Assembly (NCBI GenBank): GCA_903913785.1
Contig: CAIWMF010000009.1
Coordinates: forward strand, 2,878 to 66,877
Length of the DNA: 64,000 nt
Origin: an uncultured Spartobacteria bacterium
GTDB taxonomy: Bacteria; Verrucomicrobiota; Verrucomicrobiia; Chthoniobacterales; UBA6821
Reading direction: 5' to 3'
The translations under genes and the position numbers were made by a program. The notes under the pieces are model-generated. The model did no database searches. It had not been told where the DNA came from and saw only the letters and a list, made by a program, of their open reading frames with translations. Of the stretch, positions 41,721 through 51,073 are shown one piece after another. Position 1 is the first letter of the stretch, and every line of letters starts with the position of its first letter.

Positions 41721-41824
41721 TACGGACGAAATAACTACCTTGGCGCCGACCTTCGCTCTACCCGAGTATTTAAGGTATGCTTGATCAGTGTGTGCTGTCG
41801 ACTTCTTGTTTTTTATCAGCCTTA
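41721..41824. repeat. direct-repeat partner of 37939-38060, downstream of the giant gene
   Basis: TACGGACGAAATAACTACC...CTCTACCCGAGTATTTAAGG...TTCTTGTTTTTTATCAGCCTTA, in the same orientation as the upstream copy, running directly into copy G. Confidence 0.65.
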
Positions 41825-42035
41825 AACCCGGATATTTCCTACTGATCACCTGCGGAGACCGGGAAGCAAGGGTGGATGCTTCGCTCAAACTCACATTGTG
41901 ACTTGGGGAGGGCTGTACACATACAGCCCGGCGTCACAATGCTCGTCTGCCTTACCCCATCAGCCTTCGCAGTCTCTTCGTCACGACTAGCATGATTAGC
42001 ATGAAGTATCCGGTAGCATGAAGTATCCGGGCTAG
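41822..42035. mobile_element. MITE-like repeat copy G (full length, duplicated right terminus)
   Basis: TTAAACCCGGATATTTCCTACTGATCACCTGCGGAGACCGGGAAGCAAGGGTGGATGC... The right end is TAGCATGAAGTATCCGG twice (41997-42013 and 42014-42030), followed by GCTAG. Confidence 0.8.
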
Positions 42036-42089
42036 CTTTTGGTGATTTTGCCTAGATCCCCGCTTTCGCAGGGATAACATGGAGGAAGC

Positions 42090-43640
42090 CTAAAAGATCA
42101 CTCCTATCTGAGCTCCCAAGACGAGTGCATTGGGAATGCTTCCCAGTCCATTAGGATTAATAATCCACTGCATGTCAGGTTGTACGTAGAAAAAACGCGA
42201 GAAGTTAATGCGGTAACCTAATTCACTGACGATTTCATAGGAGGGATCCCGATTTTGATTGGCCTCGACATAGGAAATGTAAGAGGAACTAAAGCCACCA
42301 TAGCCAATACCTAAAATGGTGAAGTCATTTTTACGGCCTGGAATTAAACCTGTATAAATGGCGCCTCCTTTGGCTTGCAAGGTAATCACTGTGTTTTCAA
42401 CCTCAGGAGTGTAGCCAAATTCCGTCCAGAGTAAGAGTCCCGCTTCTGTCATGGGGTTAGGACGATACACAACCTGGTCTCCATGCCAGTAGAAAGCATA
42501 CGAGTTGGCAAGGGAAGTGGTGGTTAGGTACTGAGCCGTACCCTCGGCACTGTAGTAGGCTCCCGTAAAATAATGGCCAGGGAATCTTTTGAGCTTGGAA
42601 ACGTCCACAGGTGCTTGGAATGATTTGCTCGAGGATGCGTCCTGTTGCACAATACGAGAATCTTTTTTTGCGCTGTCACCAAAAATCCAAGTATCACCAG
42701 CCTTGCCGAATTCCGGATTCCAATCAAATTGAGTGAAAAAGGAAGCTGAATCATTCGGATAGAAATTCCAATTGAGTCCATTAACAGAAGTATCGGTGAT
42801 TTGAAAAATACCAAAACGTGCTTCCGTATCATGCGTGGTATTGATTTTCAAACGGCTCGCCCAGCTTGTATTGGGATTCCATGTGGTTCTTAGATTCGTC
42901 GGATTGGCTTGCAAGGACCCTATGTAGTTGGAGAGGACGGGTGAGTTGTCAAATTCGTCCATAGCAGCAAAACGTCCAATATTCAGATTAATGCGGTCGT
43001 GATAAAAGAGCTGTTGATAATAGAGGTTGACCCATTTGATGGTCGTTCCGCCAACAGCTCCATTGACCAAAAAGAAGTTACCCACATTTTTGGAAGAAAG
43101 ATTGTTTTTATCCCCTCCATCCTGTTGTTCAACACTCATGATAAAGTGTCCACCATGCCAGCCAAATAATTTCTCCGTATCAATCATGCTGGTAAGAGCA
43201 ATGTTGTCGATGTAGGTAGAGCCTTGAGGACTGATTCCTCCAACAGGATTTCCAGCGATAATGGAGGTGTAGGTAGCAGAAAAATCGATCCCTTTCTCAC
43301 TTAATTGATCACGAGGTCCTCCAATAAAGAGGATGCTGCTGGAGGCAAATTCTAATTCCTTCACCGTATGAGGCATGGCAGGCATGGTGTTTTGAGGGGT
43401 GATCGGGCGCTGAGCCGGAGAATTAGGATCGAAGAGTTCTTTTATGAGATCTTCTTCTTCTTCATCAACTTTTAATCTTAGCATTTGTATAGCAGCATTT
43501 ACTATTTTGCGATCATCCTGGTAAGCAGACGGAGTGCTCTTTGCCGTCGCAGCTGCACTGGCTGCACTGGGCTGACCACTTTGATTGGATGAATCAGGTA
43601 TGAGTGCGGCAGCGATGAGAACGCAAAATGGCAAAATCAT
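42090..43640 (-). CDS. outer-membrane beta-barrel porin, OprB (carbohydrate-selective porin)-like
   Basis: 516 aa. N-terminal signal-like segment and a C-terminus of ...ALVLGAQIGVIF (terminal Phe, typical of OM barrels). The amphipathic strand pattern and OprB-family resemblance are from memory. Confidence 0.6.
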   Translation of the reverse strand: MILPFCVLIAAALIPDSSNQSGQPSAASAAATAKSTPSAYQDDRKIVNAAIQMLRLKVDEEEEDLIKELFDPNSPAQRPITPQNTMPAMPHTVKELEFASSSILFIGGPRDQLSEKGIDFSATYTSIIAGNPVGGISPQGSTYIDNIALTSMIDTEKLFGWHGGHFIMSVEQQDGGDKNNLSSKNVGNFFLVNGAVGGTTIKWVNLYYQQLFYHDRINLNIGRFAAMDEFDNSPVLSNYIGSLQANPTNLRTTWNPNTSWASRLKINTTHDTEARFGIFQITDTSVNGLNWNFYPNDSASFFTQFDWNPEFGKAGDTWIFGDSAKKDSRIVQQDASSSKSFQAPVDVSKLKRFPGHYFTGAYYSAEGTAQYLTTTSLANSYAFYWHGDQVVYRPNPMTEAGLLLWTEFGYTPEVENTVITLQAKGGAIYTGLIPGRKNDFTILGIGYGGFSSSYISYVEANQNRDPSYEIVSELGYRINFSRFFYVQPDMQWIINPNGLGSIPNALVLGAQIGVIF

Positions 43641-43916
43641 ATAATTTAGAGAAATAGAGTAGAGAAGGATGGATGATTAAAAATGAAGCCTATCTGGCTA
43701 GCAGTCTTCATTTTTATTTGCAAGGTAAAAATAAAATTTATCGATTTTTTTTGCTCAGCGATTCCATGCCAAGCATATCAATGGTGATCACCTTTACCCG
43801 AGATCTCTTTCTTAACAAATGGGATCAGGTTCTTAGAAATGAACTAGTTCATTGACTTGAGTGATGGCTTTAGAATAGAAATCTCCTTTGCTTTAAAACC
43901 TAGATTTACCATCCTT

Positions 43917-44810
43917 ATGATTCCTCGTCTTCGCTTGGCTCTTCAGAAAAAAGGGCGTCTAGCTCAAGATTCTATCTCGCTTTTAGAACGTTGTGGCCTT
44001 CAGTTCTACGTGAAAGGAAATGCCTTGTTAACACATGTGCAAAATTTCCCCATCGATCTGCTTTTTGTGCGTGATGACGATATTCCTACGTTGGTTTTTG
44101 ATGGTTTGTGTGATGGGGGTATCATAGGTAGCAATGTGCTCCTAGAGGCAGAATTAGAGGCAGCACTACGCTTTCCTCAAAAAAAATATCAAAGTATTTT
44201 ACCTCTGGATAATTGTCATTGTCGCTTGATGATTGCTGTGCCAGAGGGGATGAGCTATGCGGGTCCAGCAAGCTTGGAAGGAAAGCGGATTGCCACAAGT
44301 TACCCCTTGCTCTTAGCCGATTATTTAACAAAGCAACATGTCTCTGCCCAAACCCTCTTCCTACATGGTTCTGTTGAGGTAGCTCCTCGTATGGGAATGG
44401 CAGATGCGATCTGTGATTTAGTTTCCAGTGGACAGACGTTAGAGGAAAACAAGCTGGTTGCTGTAGAAACTATTTTAGAGAGTCAGGCGATTTTGATTCG
44501 AGGCGTGCATTCCATTTCGGAACAACAGCAGGAATTATTGGACATGCTAGCACGTCGCATTCAGGCCGTTCAGCATGCCCTCAAGCGTAAGTACATTGCC
44601 TTCCATGCTCCTAAAAATGCCTTGGAGAGTATCTGTCAAGAGCTCCCTGGTGTGGAATCACCCACGATTCTCCCACTGCCAGGAGATCCGGATAAGGTCG
44701 TCGTGCATGTTGTGTCGGCGGAGGGTGTTTTTTGGAATACTCTAGAGACGATTCAATCCTTAGGGGCGAGCTCTATTTTGATTTTGCCAATAGAAAAAAT
44801 ATTAGAGTAA
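43917..44810 (+). CDS. hisG: ATP phosphoribosyltransferase, long form
   Basis: Track ORF from TTG 43857; ATG at 43917 gives MIPRLRLALQKKGRL..., which aligns with the N-termini of long-form HisG. About 297 aa including a C-terminal regulatory domain. Confidence 0.9.
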   Translation: MIPRLRLALQKKGRLAQDSISLLERCGLQFYVKGNALLTHVQNFPIDLLFVRDDDIPTLVFDGLCDGGIIGSNVLLEAELEAALRFPQKKYQSILPLDNCHCRLMIAVPEGMSYAGPASLEGKRIATSYPLLLADYLTKQHVSAQTLFLHGSVEVAPRMGMADAICDLVSSGQTLEENKLVAVETILESQAILIRGVHSISEQQQELLDMLARRIQAVQHALKRKYIAFHAPKNALESICQELPGVESPTILPLPGDPDKVVVHVVSAEGVFWNTLETIQSLGASSILILPIEKILE

Positions 44811-44829
44811 CCCTTTTACCTATTGTCCC

Positions 44830-46140
44830 ATGTTGCGTATTAAAAACTGGCAGGAGTTATCTGCTTGTCAAAAAAAAGAGGTTCTCTCCAGGCCTCCCCA
44901 AAGTCATGCCCTTGGGGCGCAGGTGCGAGAGATTATCAACACGGTCAAGAAAGAAGGAGATGTGGCGCTAGGTAAGTGGACACGAGAGTTCGATCGCGTT
45001 GATTTAAAAACCTTCGCTATCTCTCAAGAGGAAATGGAAGAGGCTTCTCTTCCAGCCCATTCTCTTGCTGCGATTCAAGTAGCAGTAGAAAATATCACCC
45101 GTTTTCATCGCTCTATGCTACCGCAGAATCAATCTGTGAGGATTGTGCATGGAGTGACCCTTGAGCGCATCCATCGTCCGATGAGTCGTGTTGGTTTTTA
45201 TGTTCCAGGTGGTCGCAATGCTCCTTTGATTTCCTCTCTTCTCATGCAGGCTATTCCAGCTCAGGTGGCAGGATGTCCGTTACGTATTCTCTGTACTCCG
45301 CCAAAGTCCGACGGAACGATTGATCCGGCTCTCCTCGTTGCTGCACGTCTCTGCAACATCGAGAAGATTTATAAAATTGGAGGCGCCCAAGCTATCGCCG
45401 CAATGGCCTATGGAAGTGAAACCGTCCCCAAGGTGGATAAAATATTTGGCCCCGGTAATGCATACGTCACAGAAGCTAAAGTGCAAGTTTCCATCGATCC
45501 TGCTGGTGCTGCTATCGACATGCCCGCTGGCCCTTCTGAGGTTCTTATTATTGCTGATAGAGAGGCTAATCCCAATTTCGTCGCTGCCGATTTACTAGCG
45601 CAGGGGGAACATGGTCCGGATTCTCAGGTGTTTCTTTTATGTCAAGATCGCGTCTTTGCAGAAGCTGTTAATAAGGCGTTAGGCGAGCAGTATGAGCGTT
45701 TAAAGAGAAAAGAATTGCTTCAACAATCTCTGCAAAAGAGTGCTATTCTCCTGTGTGCAGATCGATCTATGATGATTGAAATTACTAATGAGTATGCTCC
45801 TGAGCATCTCATGATCCAGTGCTCTGATGCGGCAAGTTGGGTGGAGGAGATTACGGCGGCAGGAACGATTTTTTTGGGGTCATGGGCAGCAGAAACGCTC
45901 GGTGATTATGTGACCGGGAGCAATCATATCTTGCCCACTTATGGTCATGCACGCTGCCAGAGTGGTCTCTCAACGGGAGATTTTCTTAAATTTATCTGCG
46001 TCCAATCTATTTCTGAGGATGGCTTGAAAACCTTAGGAGGAGCAGCCCATACCCTCGCCATGATGGAGGGGTTAGATGGACATGCCAATGCGATTACTCA
46101 GCGATTAGCACTAGCCCGAATATTTCATGAGTGCTCTTGA
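44830..46140 (+). CDS. hisD: histidinol dehydrogenase
   Basis: 436-aa typical HisD. The last codons (ARIFHECS*) overlap a MITE-family terminus. Confidence 0.93.
   Translation: MLRIKNWQELSACQKKEVLSRPPQSHALGAQVREIINTVKKEGDVALGKWTREFDRVDLKTFAISQEEMEEASLPAHSLAAIQVAVENITRFHRSMLPQNQSVRIVHGVTLERIHRPMSRVGFYVPGGRNAPLISSLLMQAIPAQVAGCPLRILCTPPKSDGTIDPALLVAARLCNIEKIYKIGGAQAIAAMAYGSETVPKVDKIFGPGNAYVTEAKVQVSIDPAGAAIDMPAGPSEVLIIADREANPNFVAADLLAQGEHGPDSQVFLLCQDRVFAEAVNKALGEQYERLKRKELLQQSLQKSAILLCADRSMMIEITNEYAPEHLMIQCSDAASWVEEITAAGTIFLGSWAAETLGDYVTGSNHILPTYGHARCQSGLSTGDFLKFICVQSISEDGLKTLGGAAHTLAMMEGLDGHANAITQRLALARIFHECS
46111..46130. repeat. MITE-family solo terminus at the hisD/hisC junction
   Basis: CTAGCCCGAATATTTCATGA. 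It matches the family terminus (CTAG + CCCGAATATTTCAT), and the hisC ATG (46127-46129) lies inside it. Confidence 0.6.
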
Positions 46141-47191
46141 TTTAGTACGCCCTGATTTAGCAGGTATTCCAAATTATCTGGCTTGCTCGACGAAAGAAAA
46201 AATTCGTTTGCACATTAATGAATCACCGTGGAAGCCATTGGAGGCCTATGAGCTTCCTCTCAATCGCTATCCTGACATAGAACCGCAACTCAGCTTAGAA
46301 AAAGAACTATCGAAATTCTATCAAGTCGCCCCCTGCGAACTACTCCTAACCAGAGGAGCGGATGAGGGAATCGACTTCTTAATGCGTCTGTTTTTATCTC
46401 CTGGGAGGAGTAGCATGATGCAATTTCCTCCGACGTTTTTGATGTATGCGTTTTATGCGCGGCTGCAACAGGCTTCGATTATTTCTTGTCCGCTTGAGGG
46501 GCCTGATTTTCATTTCAATAGGGAGCGACTGCTAGAGCTCTGGGAACCTCACTGTAAAATGATCCTGCTCTGTAGGCCGAATAATCCTACTGGAAATCTT
46601 CTCTCGCTAGAAACTATTGCGAGCTTGTGTGAAGAGTTTGCGGATCGTTCGATTATCGTCGTTGATGAGGCTTACATTGAATTTGCAAACACACAGAGTG
46701 CGACAACGCTCATTCATCGCTTTGAGAATCTCTTTGTCCTAAGAACTCTGTCCAAGGCTCATGGCCTGGCAGGATTAAGGCTAGGGTGCGTGATAGGCTC
46801 CCAAGCTATGATCGAGGTCTTGCGAACCATTGCACCTCCCTTTGCCTTTTCGAGTCTGGTTTTAGAAGCTGCCTTATCCGCCATGAAGCATCCAGAGTGG
46901 GTTGAGGGAACGGTAAAAAATATTATTCATTATCGCGAGGAGTTGATCCTATGTCTGAGAAATTTTTCTTGGGTGGAGCACGTTTTCCCAAGCAAGGCCA
47001 ATTTTATTTTAATCAAAACATCCTTTGCCAAGCCTCTCTACGCATGGCTAGAGGATCATCATATTTTAGTGCGTCATTTTGCAGGCAATCCAGTCTTGCA
47101 GGATATGTTACGAATCACTGTTGGTACTGCCGCTGAAAATGAGCTCTTGCTAGCGGTCTTACATTCTTTTCACACCCCAGATCACAATTAA
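46127..47191 (+). CDS. hisC: histidinol-phosphate aminotransferase
   Basis: 354-aa class-II aminotransferase pattern ([21 protein letters not shown]). Overlaps hisD by 14 nt. Confidence 0.9.
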   Translation: MSALDLVRPDLAGIPNYLACSTKEKIRLHINESPWKPLEAYELPLNRYPDIEPQLSLEKELSKFYQVAPCELLLTRGADEGIDFLMRLFLSPGRSSMMQFPPTFLMYAFYARLQQASIISCPLEGPDFHFNRERLLELWEPHCKMILLCRPNNPTGNLLSLETIASLCEEFADRSIIVVDEAYIEFANTQSATTLIHRFENLFVLRTLSKAHGLAGLRLGCVIGSQAMIEVLRTIAPPFAFSSLVLEAALSAMKHPEWVEGTVKNIIHYREELILCLRNFSWVEHVFPSKANFILIKTSFAKPLYAWLEDHHILVRHFAGNPVLQDMLRITVGTAAENELLLAVLHSFHTPDHN

Positions 47192-47202
47192 AAAATCATT
47201 TC

Positions 47203-48261
47203 ATGGAAAAAATACTCTTTATTGATAGGGATGGGACTCTGGTGTGTGAACCAGAGGATTATCAGGTTGATGCATTATCGAAAATTCGTCTCGCGCCTTT
47301 TGTGATTCCCTCATTGATCTCGATGATACAAGAGGGATTTCAGTTGGTCATGGTGAGTAATCAAGATGGCTTAGGGACTGCTCGTTTTCCGCAAGATGCC
47401 TTTCAAGAATGTCATGATTTTATTTTGGAGCTTTTTACTTCTCAAGGAATTCACTTTGAGGAGATCTTCATCTGTCCGCACCTTCCCGAAGACGCTTGTT
47501 CTTGTCGTAAACCAAAAACAGGTTTGCTCGATGCTTTTTTAGAAAAGAGAAAAATCGATTCGAGTTATTCCTATGTGATTGGGGATCGTGATAGTGACCG
47601 GATCTTAGCAGAAAATTTAGGCTTACCTTTCTTGCTTGTTTCCAGGACTCAGGACTGGAGAGCAATTACAAAAACAATCCTAACATCCAAGCGTTCTGCC
47701 TCACTAAGACGTAAAACCAATGAAACAGATATTGCCATTACGCTCCTTTTAGATTCTCAGGAACCTAGTCATATCGAGACGCCGATTGGGTTTTTTACCC
47801 ATATGCTCGAACAGGTCGCCAAACATGGGGCTTTCCAATTAGACCTCCATGCAGAAGGTGATGTGGTTGTCGATGAACATCACCTCATTGAAGATACGGC
47901 CATTACCTTAGGAGAAGCGTTAAAAAAAGCCTTAGGTGACAAAGCTGGGATCGAACGTTATGGATGTACGCTTCCTATGGATGAGGCTTTGGCAACCGTT
48001 GTGATCGATCTTAGTGGGCGTGGTTTATCTCAGTTTGAAGGGACTTTTACACGTGATTTTGTGGGTGGATTAGCAACGGAAATGATCCCACATTTTTTTC
48101 ACTCTTTTGCCACAAGTTTAGGAGCGACTATTCATGTTCAGGTAAAAGGGACCAATAATCATCATATGATTGAAGCTTGTTTCAAGGCATTGGGTCGCGC
48201 ACTACGTCAAGCCATGAGGAAACAGGGAAACGTTTTGCCATCTACCAAGGGTGTTCTATGA
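47203..48261 (+). CDS. hisB: bifunctional histidinol-phosphatase / imidazoleglycerol-phosphate dehydratase
   Basis: 352 aa. N-terminal HAD phosphatase (FIDRDGTL) fused to a C-terminal IGPD domain, as in the enterobacterial HisB. Confidence 0.92.
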   Translation: MEKILFIDRDGTLVCEPEDYQVDALSKIRLAPFVIPSLISMIQEGFQLVMVSNQDGLGTARFPQDAFQECHDFILELFTSQGIHFEEIFICPHLPEDACSCRKPKTGLLDAFLEKRKIDSSYSYVIGDRDSDRILAENLGLPFLLVSRTQDWRAITKTILTSKRSASLRRKTNETDIAITLLLDSQEPSHIETPIGFFTHMLEQVAKHGAFQLDLHAEGDVVVDEHHLIEDTAITLGEALKKALGDKAGIERYGCTLPMDEALATVVIDLSGRGLSQFEGTFTRDFVGGLATEMIPHFFHSFATSLGATIHVQVKGTNNHHMIEACFKALGRALRQAMRKQGNVLPSTKGVL

Positions 48262-48854
48262 TCGCTGTCATTGATGTGACGGGTAATAATCTTACCTCTA
48301 TTGGTAATGCGATTGAGCGCTTGGGTTTTGAGTATTCTTTGACACATGACTTGAAGACCATTGAGGAGGCGAGTCACGTGATATTACCTGGGGTTGGGAC
48401 TGTTGGTTCTGCAATGGATGCTTTAGAAAAACATCACCTCATGAAAACATTGAGTCACCTACAACAACCTTTGCTCGGCATTTGTGTTGGGATGCAACTC
48501 CTCTTTGAGCAAAGCGAGGAAGCCAACAAGCCAGGGCTAGGATTGCTTCCAGGTTGTGTAAAGCGTTTGCCCGCTACTCCGCAATACTCCATTCCCCACA
48601 TGGGCTGGAATAGTCTGAGGTGGACTAGCCAATGTGGACTTAATAGGGGATTGAATCATGATGATTACTTCTACTTTGTTCATAGCTACGCTTATTTATC
48701 TAAGGAGCATGCGCTCGCTCGCTCTTCTTACAGCAGTGAATTCACCGCCGTGGTTCAAAAAGATCATATTTATGGGGTGCAATTTCATCCTGAAAAATCG
48801 GCCCGTGCCGGGATGGTTTTATTAAATAATTTTTTAACACTAAGAACCTCATGA
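48258..48854 (+). CDS. hisH: imidazole glycerol phosphate synthase, glutaminase subunit
   Basis: The track ORF from 48177 overlaps hisB. The ATG at 48258 ([12 protein letters not shown]) overlaps the hisB stop as ATGA. Contains the GICVGMQ nucleophile elbow. Confidence 0.92.
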   Translation: MIAVIDVTGNNLTSIGNAIERLGFEYSLTHDLKTIEEASHVILPGVGTVGSAMDALEKHHLMKTLSHLQQPLLGICVGMQLLFEQSEEANKPGLGLLPGCVKRLPATPQYSIPHMGWNSLRWTSQCGLNRGLNHDDYFYFVHSYAYLSKEHALARSSYSSEFTAVVQKDHIYGVQFHPEKSARAGMVLLNNFLTLRTS

Positions 48855-49582
48855 CTATTATTCCTGCCATTGATTTGAAGGAGGGTTGCTGTGTCCGCTT
48901 GGAGCAGGGTCAGTTTGATCGTGTTTCACAATACGATCATGATCCTAAGACTCTCGTTTCAAAATACGCCGACCAAGGAGCAACACATCTCCACTTGGTC
49001 GATTTAGATGGCGCAAAACAAGGCCACATGCAGCAATGGGAGCTTCTAAAAACATTACGCAAAGAGGGTCTCTTTATTCAAGTGGGTGGGGGTATTCGTA
49101 ATATTGAGATCGCACGCAAGGCTCTCCATGCAGGTATGGACCGGATTGTGCTTGGTAGTCTTGCTATTAGCAATCAAGAGGAAACATTAAAAATCATTCA
49201 AGAAGTAGGACCTCACCGTGTTGTCTTAGCCTTAGATGTAAAAATCGAGAACGCAGTACCCAAGATAGCAATTCATGGTTGGCAAAAAGAAACCAACCAT
49301 TCTCTCTGGGATATCGTCTTGTTTTATCAAGGTGCTGGCATTGATACGATCTTATGCACGGACATTCATCGTGATGGAATGCTCTGTGGTCCTAGCATTG
49401 GCTTGTATGAGGAGGCAGTGAAATTCTTTCCAATGATCCAATGGCAGGCATCAGGAGGTATTCGTGATGCACATGATATTAACAAACTCTCTGCCATGGG
49501 ACTCTCTGCGGTGATTTTAGGGCGTGTGCTCTACGATCCTCACTTTGATCTTAAGGCTGTGATTAAAGAACACGCGTGCTAA
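48851..49582 (+). CDS. hisA: ProFAR isomerase
   Basis: 243-aa TIM barrel (IIPAIDLKEG...) that overlaps hisH by 4 nt. Confidence 0.92.
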   Translation: MTIIPAIDLKEGCCVRLEQGQFDRVSQYDHDPKTLVSKYADQGATHLHLVDLDGAKQGHMQQWELLKTLRKEGLFIQVGGGIRNIEIARKALHAGMDRIVLGSLAISNQEETLKIIQEVGPHRVVLALDVKIENAVPKIAIHGWQKETNHSLWDIVLFYQGAGIDTILCTDIHRDGMLCGPSIGLYEEAVKFFPMIQWQASGGIRDAHDINKLSAMGLSAVILGRVLYDPHFDLKAVIKEHAC

Positions 49583-49597
49583 AGACAACACACAATC

Positions 49598-50371
49598 ATG
49601 CTCACAAAACGGATCATTCCTTGCCTTGATGTTCGTGATCACCAAGTCGTCAAAGGTGTTCAATTTCGTAATCATCGCGTTGTTGGAGATATTCTCGCAC
49701 TGGCCGAGTTTTATAGCAGGGAGGGTGCGGATGAATTAGTTTTTTATGATATTATGGCAAGCAGTGATGAGCGTCCTGTTAGCGCAGATTGGGTGAGTAA
49801 GGTCGCTCGTACGATTAATATTCCCTTTACCGTGGCTGGTGGCATTGGTTCTCTTGAAAAAGCCCAAGCGCTTTTAAATGCAGGTGCCGATAAAATCTCC
49901 ATCAATACCCCTGCGCTTAAAAATCCTTCCTTGATTAATGAGCTGAGTACTATTTTTGGGTCTCAATGTGTGGTTGTCGGGATCGATAGTCAGTGGGTCG
50001 AGGATGATTATTACGTCTATCAATACACTGGGGATGAGAGAAAATCTTGCAACTCACGGCGTCGAACCATGGAATGGGTGAGAGAAGTGCAAGACCGTGG
50101 AGCAGGTGAGATTGTGCTCAATTGTATGCAATCAGATGGAGTGCGCCAAGGTTATGATCTCGTGCAATTACAACAAGTAAGAAGCATCACCACTCTTCCG
50201 CTCATTGCCTCTGGTGGAGCAGGAAAGGCAAGCGATTTTTTAGAAGTCTTTGAGAAGGCGAAGGTAGATGGTGCCTTAGCAGCGACTGTTTTTCATGATC
50301 GTATTTTGAGTATTGGTGACCTAAAACAGATGCTCTACAACAATCATCTTCCCATACGACTCTCTTACTAA
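49598..50371 (+). CDS. hisF: imidazole glycerol phosphate synthase, cyclase subunit
   Basis: 257 aa (RIIPCLDV...) with a typical HisF pattern. Confidence 0.93.
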   Translation: MLTKRIIPCLDVRDHQVVKGVQFRNHRVVGDILALAEFYSREGADELVFYDIMASSDERPVSADWVSKVARTINIPFTVAGGIGSLEKAQALLNAGADKISINTPALKNPSLINELSTIFGSQCVVVGIDSQWVEDDYYVYQYTGDERKSCNSRRRTMEWVREVQDRGAGEIVLNCMQSDGVRQGYDLVQLQQVRSITTLPLIASGGAGKASDFLEVFEKAKVDGALAATVFHDRILSIGDLKQMLYNNHLPIRLSY

Positions 50372-50374
50372 TTT

Positions 50375-51049
50375 ATGAACACAATACCTGACCTTACTGC
50401 CGACTCATTAGCCTGGGAAAAAATGAATGGACTCATCCCTGTAATTGTCCAACATGCGGAGCACGGTGATGTCTTGATGTTGGGTTATATGAATGAAGAG
50501 GCTTTTACCGAATCGATAAAAACACGTCAGCTGACTTTTTATAGCCGTAGTAAGCAACGCCTCTGGCGCAAAGGCGAGATTTCAGGTCATGTGATGGAAA
50601 TACAAGGAGTCCGAACTGATTGTGATCGTGATACCTTGCTCGTCCATGTCCTGCCAAAAGGACCTGCCTGTCATTTAGGTACTCCAACTTGTTTTGAGCC
50701 AGCAATGCCAACTCAATGGAGTTTTTTACATCAACTCACCATGCTCATTAGCGAACGTGCGCGCTCACAATCTCATGCCGCTAGTTATACGAATCAACTC
50801 CTGAGCAGTGGCATCGAGCGGTGTGCTCAGAAAGTCGGAGAAGAAGCAGTGGAAACGGTGATTGCAGCTGTGGCTCAAAAATCAACTCAACTCGTGAGTG
50901 AAACTGCAGACTTGCTCTTTCATTTGCTCGTGCTCTTGCAAGCATCTGGTACTAGCTTTTTAGAGATCATCAAATGTTTACAAGAGCGTCATTCCTCAAG
51001 ATCCAAGAATGCGCAGAATGAGAGGATTAATCCGCATATTTCACACTAA
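50375..51049 (+). CDS. hisI: bifunctional phosphoribosyl-AMP cyclohydrolase / phosphoribosyl-ATP pyrophosphatase
   Basis: 224-aa fused HisI-HisE. The last codons (RINPHISH*) are encoded by a MITE-family terminus. Confidence 0.9.
   Translation: MNTIPDLTADSLAWEKMNGLIPVIVQHAEHGDVLMLGYMNEEAFTESIKTRQLTFYSRSKQRLWRKGEISGHVMEIQGVRTDCDRDTLLVHVLPKGPACHLGTPTCFEPAMPTQWSFLHQLTMLISERARSQSHAASYTNQLLSSGIERCAQKVGEEAVETVIAAVAQKSTQLVSETADLLFHLLVLLQASGTSFLEIIKCLQERHSSRSKNAQNERINPHISH
51027..51046. repeat. MITE-family solo terminus inside the hisIE 3' end
   Basis: TTAATCCGCATATTTCACAC matches TTAACCCG[CG]ATATTTCATAC at about 18 of 20 positions. Confidence 0.55.
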
Positions 51050-51073
51050 AGAGCCTGGAGTCTGCTTTGGCGA

